Below, in pieces: positions 30,837-44,422 of a DNA stretch of 64,000 nucleotides. The translations under genes were made by a program, and so were the position numbers. The notes below the pieces were generated by a model. The model was given only the letters and a program-made list of their open reading frames with translations, did not search any database and had not been told where the DNA came from. Numbering within the stretch: position 1 is the first letter of the stretch; each line of letters opens with the position of its first letter. Origin of the DNA: the human T2T-CHM13v2.0 reference genome, Homo sapiens; assembly GCF_009914755.1 (NCBI RefSeq), contig NC_060938.1; one strand, 5' to 3'.

Positions 30837-31385
30837 TGTTCTGTACGAGAGACATGCAAGGGGAGAAGAAAACACACCCAAAAAAACCTTTAAGGGTAAA
30901 CAAGCTTTATCTGACGTAAATGGCAGTGCAGCTATAATAAGCAAATTGCAATGGGAAGGGGAGAAGGGAAACATATATACATATTTACGCCCACCAGACT
31001 GCGGAGGATTCATTACCAGACCGGGAAGCAACAGCCTCGACTCCAGAGTAGGTCACCCATCCCTGCACAGACAAGAAGAGGTCTTAGGAAGTTTCAGCGT
31101 GGCCTAGAGCCCTAGTTCTTTTTGTAATGAGTTGTTTGGCATGAGGCCCAGTCACGAGGGCTCTTCACAACTGGGCTCAAGGAACTTGAAAAGGTTATCT
31201 TGTTTTTGCAATTGTCTGTGGTTTTTCAATAACTAACACATAGGAATAGATTGAAATAGATATTTCTCCAAAACAGTGCCAGATGAATGCTTCAAGCGGC
31301 TCATGCAACCTGTCTGAGACTTAATGACCATTGCTTTTGTCCATGTTCAATTGAATTCAAATTTAATATTTAACTTTCCCCCACA
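30837..31385 (-). mobile_element. LTR18-like solo LTR
   Basis: Complete TG...CA ends with a 5-bp TSD ACCTC/ACCTT. Confidence 0.88.
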
Positions 31386-33424
31386 ACCTTATATGTTTTT
31401 TGTGAGAAATGAATGGCATACAATATGAAAAGTGGTTTCCTAATGCTCGGCTTTGTGGAAAGCCTGCTGGGGCATGCTCTGATTGTTCGTATTTATTACT
31501 TTTTTCTCTTCTTTCACCCCAGAAGGTCTTTCATGTCACAGTGACTCATGTCCCTCTATAATTGGACAATCATATAGAAAACAAACATGTTCTTACATTT
31601 GTAAAGGGCACTTGAGCTTCCTGTTAGCTGGACTTTGTCCTTGAAACAGAGAGATCCTGTAGGAAAGAGTCCCCAGGCACACTCAGACATAGCTAAAAAG
31701 GTTGTAGTTAGGGCTTATTTATTCATCACATATATATAACGCAGTTTTCCAGACACTTGGCCTAATTCAGTGAAGACAACAGATGACAGTTCCTGGGCCA
31801 CAATTTACTTCAGGGAGTCAGACACTCAGAGTGGACATTATAAGCAGGTCATGATCACAGAATGTGAGAACTGATGTTCTCATGCTCTCCTCTAGGAATG
31901 GATGCACCTGTCAGCTTCTGATCAGAACGACAGACCCAGGATCAAGCATAACATTTAAATAGACGAATAAAACTTTTTTCCAAAAAGGAACATCGCTTTA
32001 TGATAAAAACTCTCAACAAATTAGGTGTAAAGTAAATTCACTTCAAAGCATTAAAGGCCATGTATTACAAATGAATAGCTGGGCGGGCAGATCTGCCATA
32101 AGGCAAGGGCATCCGCTTCCCTAGATACATATCCAGGGGCACAGAGAATGAGCAGTTCCAGGGTTGTGTCTCACATGGGGTCCTCTCCAGGTCGGTTTCA
32201 AGAGGACAGGACTGGGGTTCTGTATCCACTTCTGTGGAGAGCTGGAAGTAAAATGAGCTATGCTCCACCTCAGCCTAATGTAGACAATGGCTACAGAGAA
32301 GACTGTTTTCTTCCTCATAAATAGGGGTGCTCGAAGTGGGTAACCTTGATTGTTTCACATACTCATAAGTGTCTGCCAGCCTTGATTCTTCATTGGTGAA
32401 CTAAGACTCTTTGCTCTGAAACTCTGCAGAAATGCTTCTACTCCCTGGAGGCCCTTCAAATCAGAGAGAGGCATGGCCACTCCAGAGGCATTTTGGGTAG
32501 ATAAAGATGGGATAGAGCTAAACGTGTCAGAACACTGGACCCTGAGTCTGAAGTCATGGGAAAATGCCAGTTCCTGTTGGGTTTTTGAGCTCCTCATTTG
32601 AAAGTCGTATTAAATAATTTCCCTGGATAAGGGGAGGGTGCCTCATGAGTAAATAGCACACTCCAAATGGTGGAGGCAAAGAGAGGGCAATGGAGGATTC
32701 CAAGGTCACTCAGTGTACTTGGAGCCTTCAGATTCTGCTCCTTTGTCCTCTGGAACTCCAAAGAGTCAGTGTCTTGAGGACACAAAACAATGGTACCTGA
32801 TTTGTTCCATAATGTTCCTGCATGGGGCTGCAGTGTTAGTGATGGCCTGGAGGTGGTTACAGCCTGCTGTGTTTCTGGTGCCTATTGAGCTTTGCTGGAG
32901 CAGCTGGAGCAAGTAAGAGTCACACACCTCAAGTTATTATCAACAATTTCCACATTGCCCACTTAGCCAATCTTTTTTCCCTTGCACTCACCCTTTGCCA
33001 GCTACCCTGGTGGGTCCAACATGTGGCACAGAAAATGATTACATCATGCCTGCATACCCCTCCAAGGACAGAACAGTCTGAAGCCAGCTCGACAAAAGCA
33101 CTAAAGCAAGTATATATAAAAGAAAAGAGCAAGGACTATTATATAAAGTAGAATGTTGAGAAGAAGAGCTGCAAAGTCATTGCATGGGGGGGCCCAAAGT
33201 CCTCACTGAGGTGATCTTTAATCCATGATGAGAATGACAACAGGGAGGCATCTCTGCACAAGAATGTGTCAGTGAGAAGCCACCCTTGGTGAAGAGTCTT
33301 ACAGGTGTGAGTTTGGCAGAGATTAGAAAGGGACCAATTTGGTACAGACAGCCTGAGGAAGAGATAAGCAGAGGCATGGAGAATCCTGGGGCTTGGGAGA
33401 TGAGGCTAGATATCGGCTCCTTTC

Positions 33425-33740
33425 TGACAACATTGCCCTAAAACTTAGCACCTTTCAATAGTATATACTATCTCACAATTTGTGTGGACCAGAATCTGGA
33501 CACAGTTTAGTTAGCTGCCTCTGCCTTCAGGTCTCTTATGAGATTGGGGCTGTGGTCTCAACTGAATGTGGACCGGAAAAGCATCAACCTTTAGGCTCAT
33601 GCTTGTGAAAATTGGCAGGGTTAAGGGTAGACTGAGAGCATGACTTTACTTCTGTCTACTGCCTGAGCACTCCCTCCGTTCTTTGTTATGTGCGTCTGTA
33701 CATAGAGCATCTCATAGCATTGGAGCTTGCTTCCTCTGTT
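33425..33740 (-). mobile_element. MLT1F/G-like LTR fragment
   Basis: AAAACTTAG...TCTCACAATTTGTGTGGACCAGAATCTGGACACAG motif. Confidence 0.6.
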
Positions 33741-33884
33741 TGAGGAATACAATTGAGAGACAGAATTAGGCAAACAGTTTCACACAAAGAGACATAAAGA
33801 AATGGAAAGGCTGAGGAAGCAAATAGGAAAAACCCAGTAGGAGGAATAATGACAGCTTTAAAAGAACTTGAGAGTTACAATAAT

Positions 33885-34198
33885 TTGTATTAAAATTGTA
33901 ACCCCCAGTGTAATGCTATAAGGAGATAGGTTGTAATTAACTCCTGAGGTTGAGGCCATCATGATTGAGATTACTGGCTTTATACAGGAAACCCCAGAGG
34001 GATGTCTATCTCCTTCTACCAAATGAGAATAAAATTTGATGTGTGCAGTCTGAAATTCAGAAGAGTCATCACCAGAGCTCAACCATGCTGATACCCTGAT
34101 CTCAAATTTCCAACCTCTAGGAGTGTGAGAAATTAAATCCTGTTGTCTATAAGCTGTCTAGTTCATGGTTCTTTGGTATAGCAGCCTGAACTAATACA
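33885..34198 (+). mobile_element. MaLR LTR (MLT1A/MST-like)
   Basis: Ends ...GGTATAGCAGCCTGAACTAATACA. Confidence 0.7.
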
Positions 34199-34254
34199 AA
34201 GTCATACACTATTCTGTATTCCATTTGACAGAAGCTGAATTTGTGCCTTCAAAC

Positions 34255-34738
34255 TGTTAAAAAAAAAAAAGACTTTAAAAATTGGATATTCAGAATGAAA
34301 GATAAGAAACAGCTTGTTGAAACACTTAAATCTCCTCTGCTTATAAGATTTTAAAAAATTGGCTGAAATATGTTGGAAGCAATATGGCCAACTGAAGTCC
34401 ATGGAGAATGAGTTTGCTGATGTTAGAGCCCAAATTTCCGTTGCATGTTTCATATTAACTCTCCCTGAATATTCATGTGACCTGTGAGGAAGCAAGAGGA
34501 GATGACTGTGCATGTCTCATGACTTTCCATATTACTACTTTCCTTCCAGCAATCCCCTCCTAATCCAGAGCCCACTTCTTAAGCATTTTTTAATCAACAC
34601 CTTAAAGCCTATATAAGGAAACTGATTTGAGCTGGACTCCTATCTCCTGTTGGCCAACCTACAACAAGATGCCATTTTTCTCAAAACCCAAGTGCCATAC
34701 TACTGGCATCGAGCAGTAGGTCATTTTGTTCAATAACA
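34255..34738 (+). mobile_element. ERV1-class LTR (MER72-like)
   Basis: Homologous to ~49600-49913 (AATATGGCCAA...TGTTTCAT...AACTC) and ends CAATAACA. Confidence 0.6.
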
Positions 34739-34859
34739 AACTGAGTCACTAACCACCTAGTGCTGGGAGACTTTGTGAAGGCTTTCCCCAACTTAGGTGA
34801 GATAAGGCACATGGATATAATTCTATATATAATAAGAAGTCACTAGAAAGTTTAATAGT

Positions 34860-35200
34860 TGTATTAGTCCATTTTTATACCGCAATGATGGAATACCTGG
34901 GACTGGGTAATTTATAAAGAAAAGAGGTTTAATTGACTCACAGTTCCACAAGATTTGGTGGGGGAGGCTCAGAAACCTTCCAATTATGGTGGCCAACAAG
35001 TGAAGTGAGTGAGAGCAGGGGATACACCAGAAGCTTATGAAACCATCAGATCTCATGAGAACTCACTCACTATCACAAGAACAGCATGAGAAAAACCCGT
35101 CCCCATAATCCAATCAACTCCCCTCAGGTTTCTCCCTTAACACCTGGAGGTTATAATACAAAATGAGGTTTGGGTGGGGACACACAGCTAAACCACATCA
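34860..35200 (-). mobile_element. THE1/MSTA MaLR solo LTR
   Basis: TGTATTAGTCC...GAGGTTTAATTGACTCACAGTTCC...AAACCACATCA. Confidence 0.88.
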
Positions 35201-35409
35201 GTGCCAGAGGATGATATCTACATTTAATTTCAACCTCGTACTGCAGCAGAATGAAACTGAAGCCCAGTGGGGAAGTGACTTTCCCAAGATTACACTGCTG
35301 GACCCCAGGCCTACCTGAGTTGTGGCCCATGCTACCTCCCACCTATTCTCCTAATGCTTCCATCTCTAAGTGTGTGCATTACTTACAGGTGAAACTACAC
35401 CACGATTTT

Positions 35410-36293
35410 TACATTTTATCTTATATACATCTGATACATTCCCTAGGAAGTAGATAACGTTATCCCCACTGTGCACGCTAGGAGGCTGGGGAAGCCTCAA
35501 ATACACAGTGACTTTTATTAGGTCCCAGAGATGGTAAGAAAAACAAGGTTATGTTCCAGCTGTCTCTTATATCCTGGAACCCAGGATGCATTTAGGTCTT
35601 TCCAGGGAATTAAGGGGAAGTTGTGTTTGCATAATTGTGTACAAATAAAGAGTTGACATGGAAGAGGAGACTGAGCAATCAGTAGCATAGTGGGGCCTTT
35701 GGGTAGGTCTTATAGAAAGAAGGGGCCCAGTAGATGGAACCTTGAAGAGTTTAACACACTTTCCTGGTGACAGAACCCCACAGCAGTTAAGAAACCAGGA
35801 ACCCACATTCTTGAGACAGCTCTGTATCCACCTCTGTTGGTGAGAGATGCTCAAGGGAGTGAGATGTCCTTTCATTGTGCCTTGATATTTCTGAGTTCTA
35901 GCCTTACAAAGCCTCAATGTAAAAGCCTTCTCTGATAACACAGATGTCAACTCAGCCCTCATCCCTGATACCCCTGGCCATTGGCCAAGTGCACCTACAG
36001 ATAACACAGAGCAGCCCAGGACATGTCCATCGAGGCCAGGCCTCTCTCATCATCTCATCTGGGCAGCCCCACGCCACTTCTTTGTACCATGAGTTGCAGG
36101 ATGGACAAAAGAGAGGGCACTCTTCTTGGGCAGAAGCCGATTGTCAGGTGTTGGAACTCTTGTGTGTCTGTTATGTTCATATTCAGGTCAGAGCTGGCAG
36201 AATAAAAATAAGAGAGTTGGGGACTGAGTCTGTATACTCAGATGTGAATAGCAAGACTCTAACCTGATCTCTGGTTTCCTTCCTTGCTGGAGA
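35410..36293 (+). pseudogene. RalGDS-related pseudogene copy 2: promoter, exon 1 (35864-36000) and start of intron 1
   Basis: Exon 1 reads MSFHCALIFLSSSLTKPQCKSLL**HRCQLSPHP*YPWPLAK. DNA homology to 27376-27945 (e.g. CTGGCCATT...AGATAACACA...AGGCCAGGCCTC) and to 46420-46925. Confidence 0.75.
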
Positions 36294-39200
36294 TTTATTT
36301 ATTTATTTATACTTTAAGTTCTGGGATACATGTGCAGAATGTGCAGACTTGTTACATAGTTTTATATTTGCCATGGTGGTTTGCTGCATCTATCAAACTG
36401 TCAGCTAGGTTTTAAGCCCCACATATATTAGATATTTGTCCTAGTGCTCTCCTTCACTTTGCCCCCTGACAAGCCCTGATGTGTGATGTTCCCCTCCCTG
36501 TGTCCATGTGTTTTCATTGTTCAAATTTCACTTATGAGTGAGAACATGTGGTGTTTGGTTTTCTGTTCCTGTTAGTTTGCTGAGAATGATGGCTTCCAGC
36601 TTCCTCCATATCCCTGCAATCTGAGGTCTCTGTTCTGTTCCATCTGTCTATATATCTGTTTTGGTACCAGTATGACTTCCTCTCTTCCTATTTGCATACC
36701 CTTTATTTCTTTCACTTGCCTGATTACCCTGGCCAGAACTTCCAATACTATCTTGAATAGGAGTGCTGAGGGAGGACATCCTTGTCTTGTGCTGGTTTTC
36801 AAAGGGAATGCTTCCGGCACTTGCCTATTAAGTATGATATTGGCTAGGGGTTTGTCATAAACAGCTCTGATTATTTCGAGACTTTTTCCGTCAATACGTA
36901 GTTTATTTAGAGCTTTTAACATGAAGGGATATTAAATTTAATCTAAGGCCTTTTGTGCATCTATTGAGAAAATCCTGTGGTTTCTGTCATTGGTTCTGTT
37001 TATGTGATGGATTACATTTATTAATTTGCATACGTTGAACCAGCCTTGAATCCCAGGGATGAAGCTGACGTGATCATGGTGGATAACATTTTCGATGTGC
37101 TGCTGGTTTCAGTTTGCCAGTATTTTATTGAGGATTTTTACATCGATGTTCATGAGGGATATTGGCCTGAAATTTTTGTTGCGGTTGTGTCTTTGCGAGG
37201 TTTTGGTATCATTATGATGGTGACCTCATAAAATGAATTAGGGAGGAGTCCCTCCTTTTCAATTGTTTGGAATAGTTTAAGAAGAAATGTTACCAGCTGC
37301 TCTTTATGCTTCTGGTAAAATTCGGCTGTGAATCCATCTGGTTCTGAGCGTTTTTTTATTGGTAGGCTATTAATTACTGCCTCAATTTCAGAACTTGTTA
37401 TTGGTCTATTCAGGGATTCAACTTCTTCCTGGCTTAGTCTTGGGAAAGTGTATGTGTCCAGAAATTTATCCATTTCTTCTATATTTTCTAGTTGATTTGT
37501 GTGGAGATGTCTATAGTATTCTCTCATGGTAGTTTTTATTTCTGTGGAATCAGTGGTGATATCCTGTTTATCATTTTTTAATGTGTCTATTTGTTTCTTC
37601 TTTCTTTTCTTCTTTATTAATCTAGCTAGTGGTCCATCTCTTTTGTTAATCTTTTCAAAAAACCAGCTAGTGGAGTCATTGATTTTGAACAGTTTTTCTT
37701 GTCTCTATCTCCTTCAGTTCTGCTCTGATCTTAGTTGTTTCTTTCCTTCAGCTAGTTTTTGAATTTGTTTCCTCTTGATTCTCTAGTTGTTTTAATTGTG
37801 ATGTTAGGGTGTCGATTTCAGATCATTCCAGCTTTCTGTTGTGGGCATTTAGTGCTAGCATATCCCCTCTTAAAACTGCTTTAGCTGTGTCCAAGAGATT
37901 CTGGTACATTGTCTCTTTGTTCTCATTTGTTTCAAAAAAAACTTAATTTCTCTCTTAATTTTGTCATTTACTCAGTAGTCGTTCAGGAGCAGGTTGTTCA
38001 ATTTCCATGTATTTATGTGGTTTTGAGTGAGTTTCTTAATCCTGAGTTCTGATTTGATTGCACTGTGGTCTGAGAGACAGTTTGTTATGGTTGCCATTTT
38101 TTCCATTTGTTGAGGAGTGTTTTGCTTCCAATTATGTGGTCAATTTTAGAATATGTGCTATGTGGCATGGAGAAGAATGTATATTCTGTTCGTCTGGCAT
38201 GGAGAGTTCTGTAGTTGTCTATTAGGTCCGCTTAGTCCAGAGCTGATTTCAAATCCTGAATATCCTTGTTAATTTTCTGTCTCATTGATCTGTCTAATAT
38301 TGGCAGTGGGGTGTTAAAACTTCCCAGTGTTATTGTGTGGGAGTCTACGTCTCTTTATAGGTCTGTAAGAACTTGTTTTATGAATCTCAGTGCTCCTCTG
38401 TTGGGTAGGTATATATATAGGATAGTTAGCTCTTCTTGTTGCATTGATCCCTTTACCTTTATGTAGTGCCCTTCTTTGTCTTTTTTCATCTTGGTTTAAA
38501 GTCTGTTTTACAAGAAACTAGGATTGAAACCTTGCTTTTTTTGTTGTTGTTGTTGCTTTTTTTGCTTTCCATTTGCCATTTCTCCTTCCCTTTATTTTAA
38601 GCCTATATGTGTCTTTGCATGTGAGATGTGTCTCCTGAATATAGCACACCAAAGATTCTTGACTGTTTAACCAATTTGCCAGGCTCTGTCTCTTAATTGA
38701 GGTATTTAGGCCACTTATATTTATGGTTAATATTGTTATGTGTGAATTTGATCCTGTTATCATGATGCTAGCTGGTTATTTTGCACGTTCGTTGATGCAG
38801 TTTTTTCATAGTATCGATTGGTCTTTATATTTTGGTGTGGTTTTGCAGTGGTGAACCATATTTTCCTTTCCATATTTAGTGTTTCCTTCAGGAGATTTTG
38901 TAAGGCATGCCTGGTGGTGACATAATCCCTCAGCATTTGCTTGTCTGTGAAGGACTTTATTTCCCCTTTGCTTTTGAAGATTAGTTTGGCTGGATATGAA
39001 ATTCTGAGTTGAAAATTATTTTATTTAAGAATGTTGAATATTGGCCCCCACTCTCTTCTGGCTTCTAGAGTTTCTGCAAAGAGATCTGCTGTTAGTCTGA
39101 TGGGCCTCCATTTGTAGGTAACCTGACTTCTCTCTCTGTCTGCCCTTAACATTATTTCCTTCATTTCAACCTTGGAGAGTCTGGCGATTATGTGTCTTGG

Positions 39201-40478
39201 AGTTGCTCTTCTCGAGGAGTATCTTAGTGATGTTCTCTGTATTTCCTGAATTTGAATGTTGGCCTGTCTTGCTAGGTTGAGGAAGTTCTCCTGGATAATA
39301 TCCTAAAGTTTGTTTTCTAGCTTGGATCCATTCTTCCCGTCACTTTGAGGTATACCAATCAATCGTAGGTTTGGTCTTTTCACATAGTCCCATATAACTT
39401 AAAGGCATTGTTTAGCTCCATCAGGCCATTTATGTTTCTCTCTAAGCTGGTTATTCTAGTTAGCAGTTCCCATAACCTTTTATCAAGATACTTAGCTTCT
39501 TTGCATTGTGTTAGAACATACTTCTTTAGCTCAGAGGAGTTTATTATTACCCACCTTCTGAAGACTACTTCTGTCAATTCTTCAATCTCATTCTCCATCC
39601 AGTTTTGTGTCATTACTGGAGAGGTGTTGTGATCATTTGGAGGAGAAAAGGCATTCTTGTTTCTGGAATTTTTGGCATTTTTGTGCTGTTTTTTCCTCAT
39701 CTTCATGGATTTATCTACTTTCAATCTTTGGGGCTGATGACATTTGGATGGGGTTTTTTTTGGGGGGGTCCTTTCTGTTGATGTTGATGTTGTTGCTTTC
39801 TGCTTGTTAGTTTTTCTTCTAACAGCAAGGTTCTTCTGCAGGTCCAGTGCAGTTTGCTGGAGTTCCAATCCAGACCCTGTTCACCTGGGTGTCACCAGTA
39901 AAGGCTGCAGAACAGCAAAGATTGCTGCCTTCTCCTTCTTCTGGAAACTTCATCCCAGGAGGATACCCGCCCAATGCCAACTGGAGCCCTTTTGTATGAG
40001 GTGTCTGTCAACCCCTGTTAGGAGGTTTCTCCCAGTCAGGAGTCACGGGGAACCCACTTGAGGAGACAGTCTGTCTCTTAGCAGAGCTGGTGCACTGTGC
40101 TGGCAGAATCCCTCTAGTCAAAATCAGCTGCTCTCTTCAGAGCCAGCAGGCAGGAATGATGAAATCCACTGAAGCTGCACCCACAGCCTCCCCTTCCCCC
40201 ATGTGCTCTGTCCCAGGGAGATAGAGGTTTTCTGTGTAAGCCTCTGACTAGGGCTGTTACCTTTCCTTCAAATATGACCTGCCCAATGAGGAGGACTCTA
40301 AAGAAGCAGTCTGCCACAGCCACTTTGCTGCACCCAACCCGGACCTTCCAGCCTCCTTGGCACCGTCAGGGGAAAACTGTCTACTAAAGCCTCAGTAATG
40401 GTGGACTCCACTCCCTCCAACTGACCTCAATTGGCCCAGGTCAACTTCAGACTGCTGTGCTGGCAGCGAGAATTTCAG
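36294..40478 (-). mobile_element. L1PA (mid-age) with 5'UTR, ORF1, ORF2 EN/RT and 3'UTR, carrying large internal deletions
   Basis: ORF1 fragment (39380-39868), EN (ITILTINISGLN), RT (TRQGCP), 3'UTR with (TTTA)n tail. Deletion junctions at ~36620, ~36671 and ~39400. Confidence 0.93.
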
Positions 40479-40805
40479 GATGAGGAACGCATTAGCTGTT
40501 TGTGATTTTCATGTCTGTTGCAGGGATTTGACCCATTGTTAGTGCTAGATTTGGAGTCTTAAAAAACAGATTTATCTTACTGAACTCAAAGTACAACTTG
40601 AAGATGTACTCAGCTGTTTACTTAAATTGCAGCAGGAGAAAATGTATCTTTGCAGATCTATTTTTATGTCACTTGCTTTTAGACACGAGATTGTCTCTGG
40701 CACAGTAATTCAACTTAGTCTATGTCAAAAACATAGCCTGAAAATGCTCAAAAAAAATTATGAATAGCGGATTGTATTCTATGTGTTCTCAAATTTCTTC
40801 TATGA

Positions 40806-41170
<365 letters not shown>

Positions 41171-43329
41171 CACTTTCCCAAACTATTAAAAGACCTTCCA
41201 AGGTGGGTCAAAAGCATTTTTCAGAGAAGATTATTCCTAACAGTAAAGGATAATAACAGATGGATAAAAATCTCAAATAAATTATGCCTCTATTTGCAGA
41301 AGCGTCACTCTCCAGAGTCTCCAAGATCCAGAGAATTTCCATGAGGTAGAGTAGTTTATGGACATTTAGCAAAGTTGGTCCTGACTGCTGACTCAGCCTC
41401 TTAATAGATGTGCTGCTATAGACAATTTACTGGACTTAGAACAGTTATATAAACCTGGGCTGCAAGAAAACGGATAACACTGATTGCAAGAATGGCAACC
41501 ACTTCTCATTCCTCTCTGATCTGGGCCCTCTGCAATGTACACTTGAGGCTGCTTCCATGGAGGGAAAGATTTTCTTTTCCCAAATCTTGGATCTGGCTGG
41601 CCTTATTTGCTCTGCCTCATTCATACTTTTTGTTCTAATAAAATAATTAAGATGTTTAGCGTCTCATCCCAGCCTTTATCTTGTTAAAACTATATCTTAT
41701 AATATGTCATCTCTCTTTACTATATTTGGTTATATTCATTCTATTCAATACTCAGGTAATTTTTTATCTCTGTTTAATTTAGTGTTTCACCTATACCTTG
41801 TCCTAATTTTTTTATTCTTTACATTCTACCGAGCTGTGATTCAAATATGATATTTGAATATGGAAAATGGTGGCCTAGTTTTTCTTCAGAAATTTCTTTT
41901 TATTTACTTGTGTTCTTTAGTTTTTAACTTGGTTCCAATATTTGGGAAATATCACATTTGAGATGTCTGTAGTCATGTTATTTCTGTGCTTATTCCATTT
42001 TCCCTTGGAGGAAGGTGGACAGCATACAGACTTGACATCCTTGTGATCTATCAGTATCTGAAGGGACCACTTTTTTTCAGTTTGATTACTTCTCTGGCTT
42101 ATTCTCTTGATTTACTTTAGCTTTCATCAAGTGCTTCTATATTTTTAAACTGTATTCATTATTTTCATAGTTCTTGTAGCTTCTTGAGAACTTTTACTTG
42201 TCTACACTAAAATATTTAAAAATATGTAGCCTTTTCTTCTGAAAGCACAAATATGCAGTGTACACATGAGTAGAATATTTCATAGGCATTGGGCAGCATA
42301 CAACCACATCTTATGAGATATTCCGTTTCTTCATTCAAAACATCTCTCTCAAATATGTAGTAAGAGTCACTTGTAAGGGGTAGTTCTTTTGATACTTAAA
42401 ATTTTCTTTTATGTGCCTTTATGAAAATATATACTTAACTACAGAGAACAGAACTCTGTGCTTCCTTTTAGTATGTCCTTGACCTCACAAAAATAATTCA
42501 TGAAATCTTATATTTATTTTATAAATTAATTTAATGAAACAAAATTTGTGCATGGCTAAATATTACTTGTTGAGTACAATTTAGAATTTCTACTGTCATT
42601 TTAGTGTCCTAAAAGATATGAGCTGTTGAATTTCTGCTCTCATAAAATGAATGATATTGTTAGGCCTAAACCCTTGCCATTTATTTTCCCCCTCTGTCAT
42701 ACAGTGTGTATCTTTGGTTCACTGCTGAAAAATTTTATTAATTTTTCTTTCTTGCTAGTAGTCATACTTTCTAATAAAGTTATCATTACTTGTGTTTATT
42801 TAGTTACTGTATGTTAAACATTTGATTTCTGATGGTCTTAATGTCATTTAATATAATTGTAAATATTTCAATTTGTCATTATTAACAAATTTCTGTATTA
42901 TATGTTTTAGACTCAGCTATTAAGTATATGTGGGTAAATGACTTAGAATAATTTCTAAAACATTGTAGGGGCTACTAAGTACTAATAACCCTGATTCATT
43001 AAATTTTTATTCCTTATAATATTCTTTATTGACTAAATTATTTTGTAATCTTATTTAAATTTATTCTTTTCTTTTCTAAATATTTGTGAAAAAGGGGTTA
43101 GGCTAATGTGTCATTTTGATAAAACTTCATGTCAAATGATATGTTTCACTGGTTTCTTTTAGATGTAATAGCTTTTTTGACTCAGGCAATACATGCAAGT
43201 ATGAAGTATAAAAATTATAGTCTCAATCCTTAAGCTGAGGAAAAACTTGGCTATTTATTGATTTTAACAAAGCTACATTATCCCACATAATACGTAAAAC
43301 TTTCACAAAGCTACATTATCCCACATAAC

Positions 43330-44310
43330 AGGCATACCAGCTGCCTAGATCTGGAAACATGGATTGTTACAAATTAGAAGTAAATAACTTGATAGGCCCA
43401 ATTTAACAAATGAAGCTCAAGAAGTGGGAGATATGAGACCTATAATGAAAGATTAAATTATTTTAAAAATCTTACCACAAAGAAAAATCAGAGTCAAATA
43501 CTTTAACTGTTAAATTATACAAAATATTTCATAAAAATACCAATCCTTTACAAATACACACCATACATAGATAAGAGATAAACAACCCCTAACTACTTTA
43601 TGAGGCCAATATTACTATACCAAAGCCAGACAAACCCATCATGTGTTAGGATTAATATGGGTACATACGGCTGATAAATAAAGACACATAATTCTCAAAA
43701 AGTACTAATAAGTTAAATACAGAAACACGTAAAAGTAATTATACACCATGGCCAAGTACAATCTTTTTACAAATGAAGTGGCTTAATATCTAAAAACCAA
43801 TAATTTAATACACAACATTGATAAAGTGAAGAACATAAAATGATCCTTTTAATAGACACAGAAAAGCTTGTGAAACAAACAACACTGATTCATTATAAAA
43901 TCCTTAACATACTAGGAAGGAAAAACTTACTGGAACTACTAAAAAGGATTCATAAAAATTTCCCACTAATATTACACTTGCTGATGAAAGACTAGGCTCT
44001 TTGCCTCACAGTTGTGGGAAACAGATAAGCATGGCTACTTTCGCTACTCTACTAAATTGAACTAAAGGTGTTAGGCAGAGAAATTATATAATAAAAACAA
44101 ATAAAACTTCTAAATTTATAAAATAAACTTTTATTGTAAATGGCATCAACTTATATTCAAGAATTTTTAAAGAGTTTACAAAAATCAACTGGAACTAATA
44201 AATGAGTTCAGCAGGTCACAAGATACAAGATAAATGCACAATATTAAATTGCACTTTTATACAGTAACTAAGGGCAATCAGTAAATAAAATTAGAAAAAA
44301 TAATTCTACT
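43330..44310 (+). mobile_element. Old L1M ORF2 fragment
   Basis: Degenerate ORF2 DNA (TTTTATGAGGCCAATATTAC...ATACCAAAGCCAGACAA; GAACTAATAAATGAGTTCAGCAGGTCACAAGATACAAG). Confidence 0.7.
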
Positions 44311-44422
44311 CATTAGCTCAATGTGTAGTGGCTTAAAATTCCAAATATGCATTATGTCTTATTTTCTGTTGGCTACAAATACTGACACAGCTTAGTTGAA
44401 TGGGTCTACCACAATGTCCTCA

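Larger units (their letters stand above)
27515..31953 (+). pseudogene. Unprocessed RalGDS-related pseudogene copy 1, N-terminal exons: 27515-27652, 28069-28185, ~30524-30712, ~31896-31953
   Basis: Exon 1 reads MFSCYVLNF*GSHLRKA...WPFGK. Exon 2 reads NSIEEIPEELFDESNYSISLNKRQVHHANNHGPC (RALGDS SSTQEIGEELINGVIYSISLRKVQLHHGGNKGQRW). Exon 3 reads NESILNL...PGTTEKLTKSLTAAFQG...IIFLKFYQDFLTTL*FLDQL (REM: AGTLEKLVEHLVPAFQG...TIFLCTYRAFTTTQQVLDLL). Exon 4 reads NGC...SDQNDRP (YGC...SDEDGGP). Confidence 0.8.

Noticed and set aside
26818-31385. Inversion by recombination between the two inverted LTR18 copies, or a provirus between them
   Set aside because: The right LTR retains its own TSD (ACCTC/ACCTT), the orientations are opposite, and the RalGDS-like exons remain collinear across it.
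32345-32400. DUSP-like motif RLADTYEYVKQSR on -
   Set aside because: There is no HCxxGxxR or other collinear phosphatase motif nearby.
43266-43328. 24-bp direct repeat ACAAAGCTACATTATCCCACATAA (and a 20-bp tandem duplication at ~46723-46760)
   Set aside because: These are small local slippage duplications with no sign of function.
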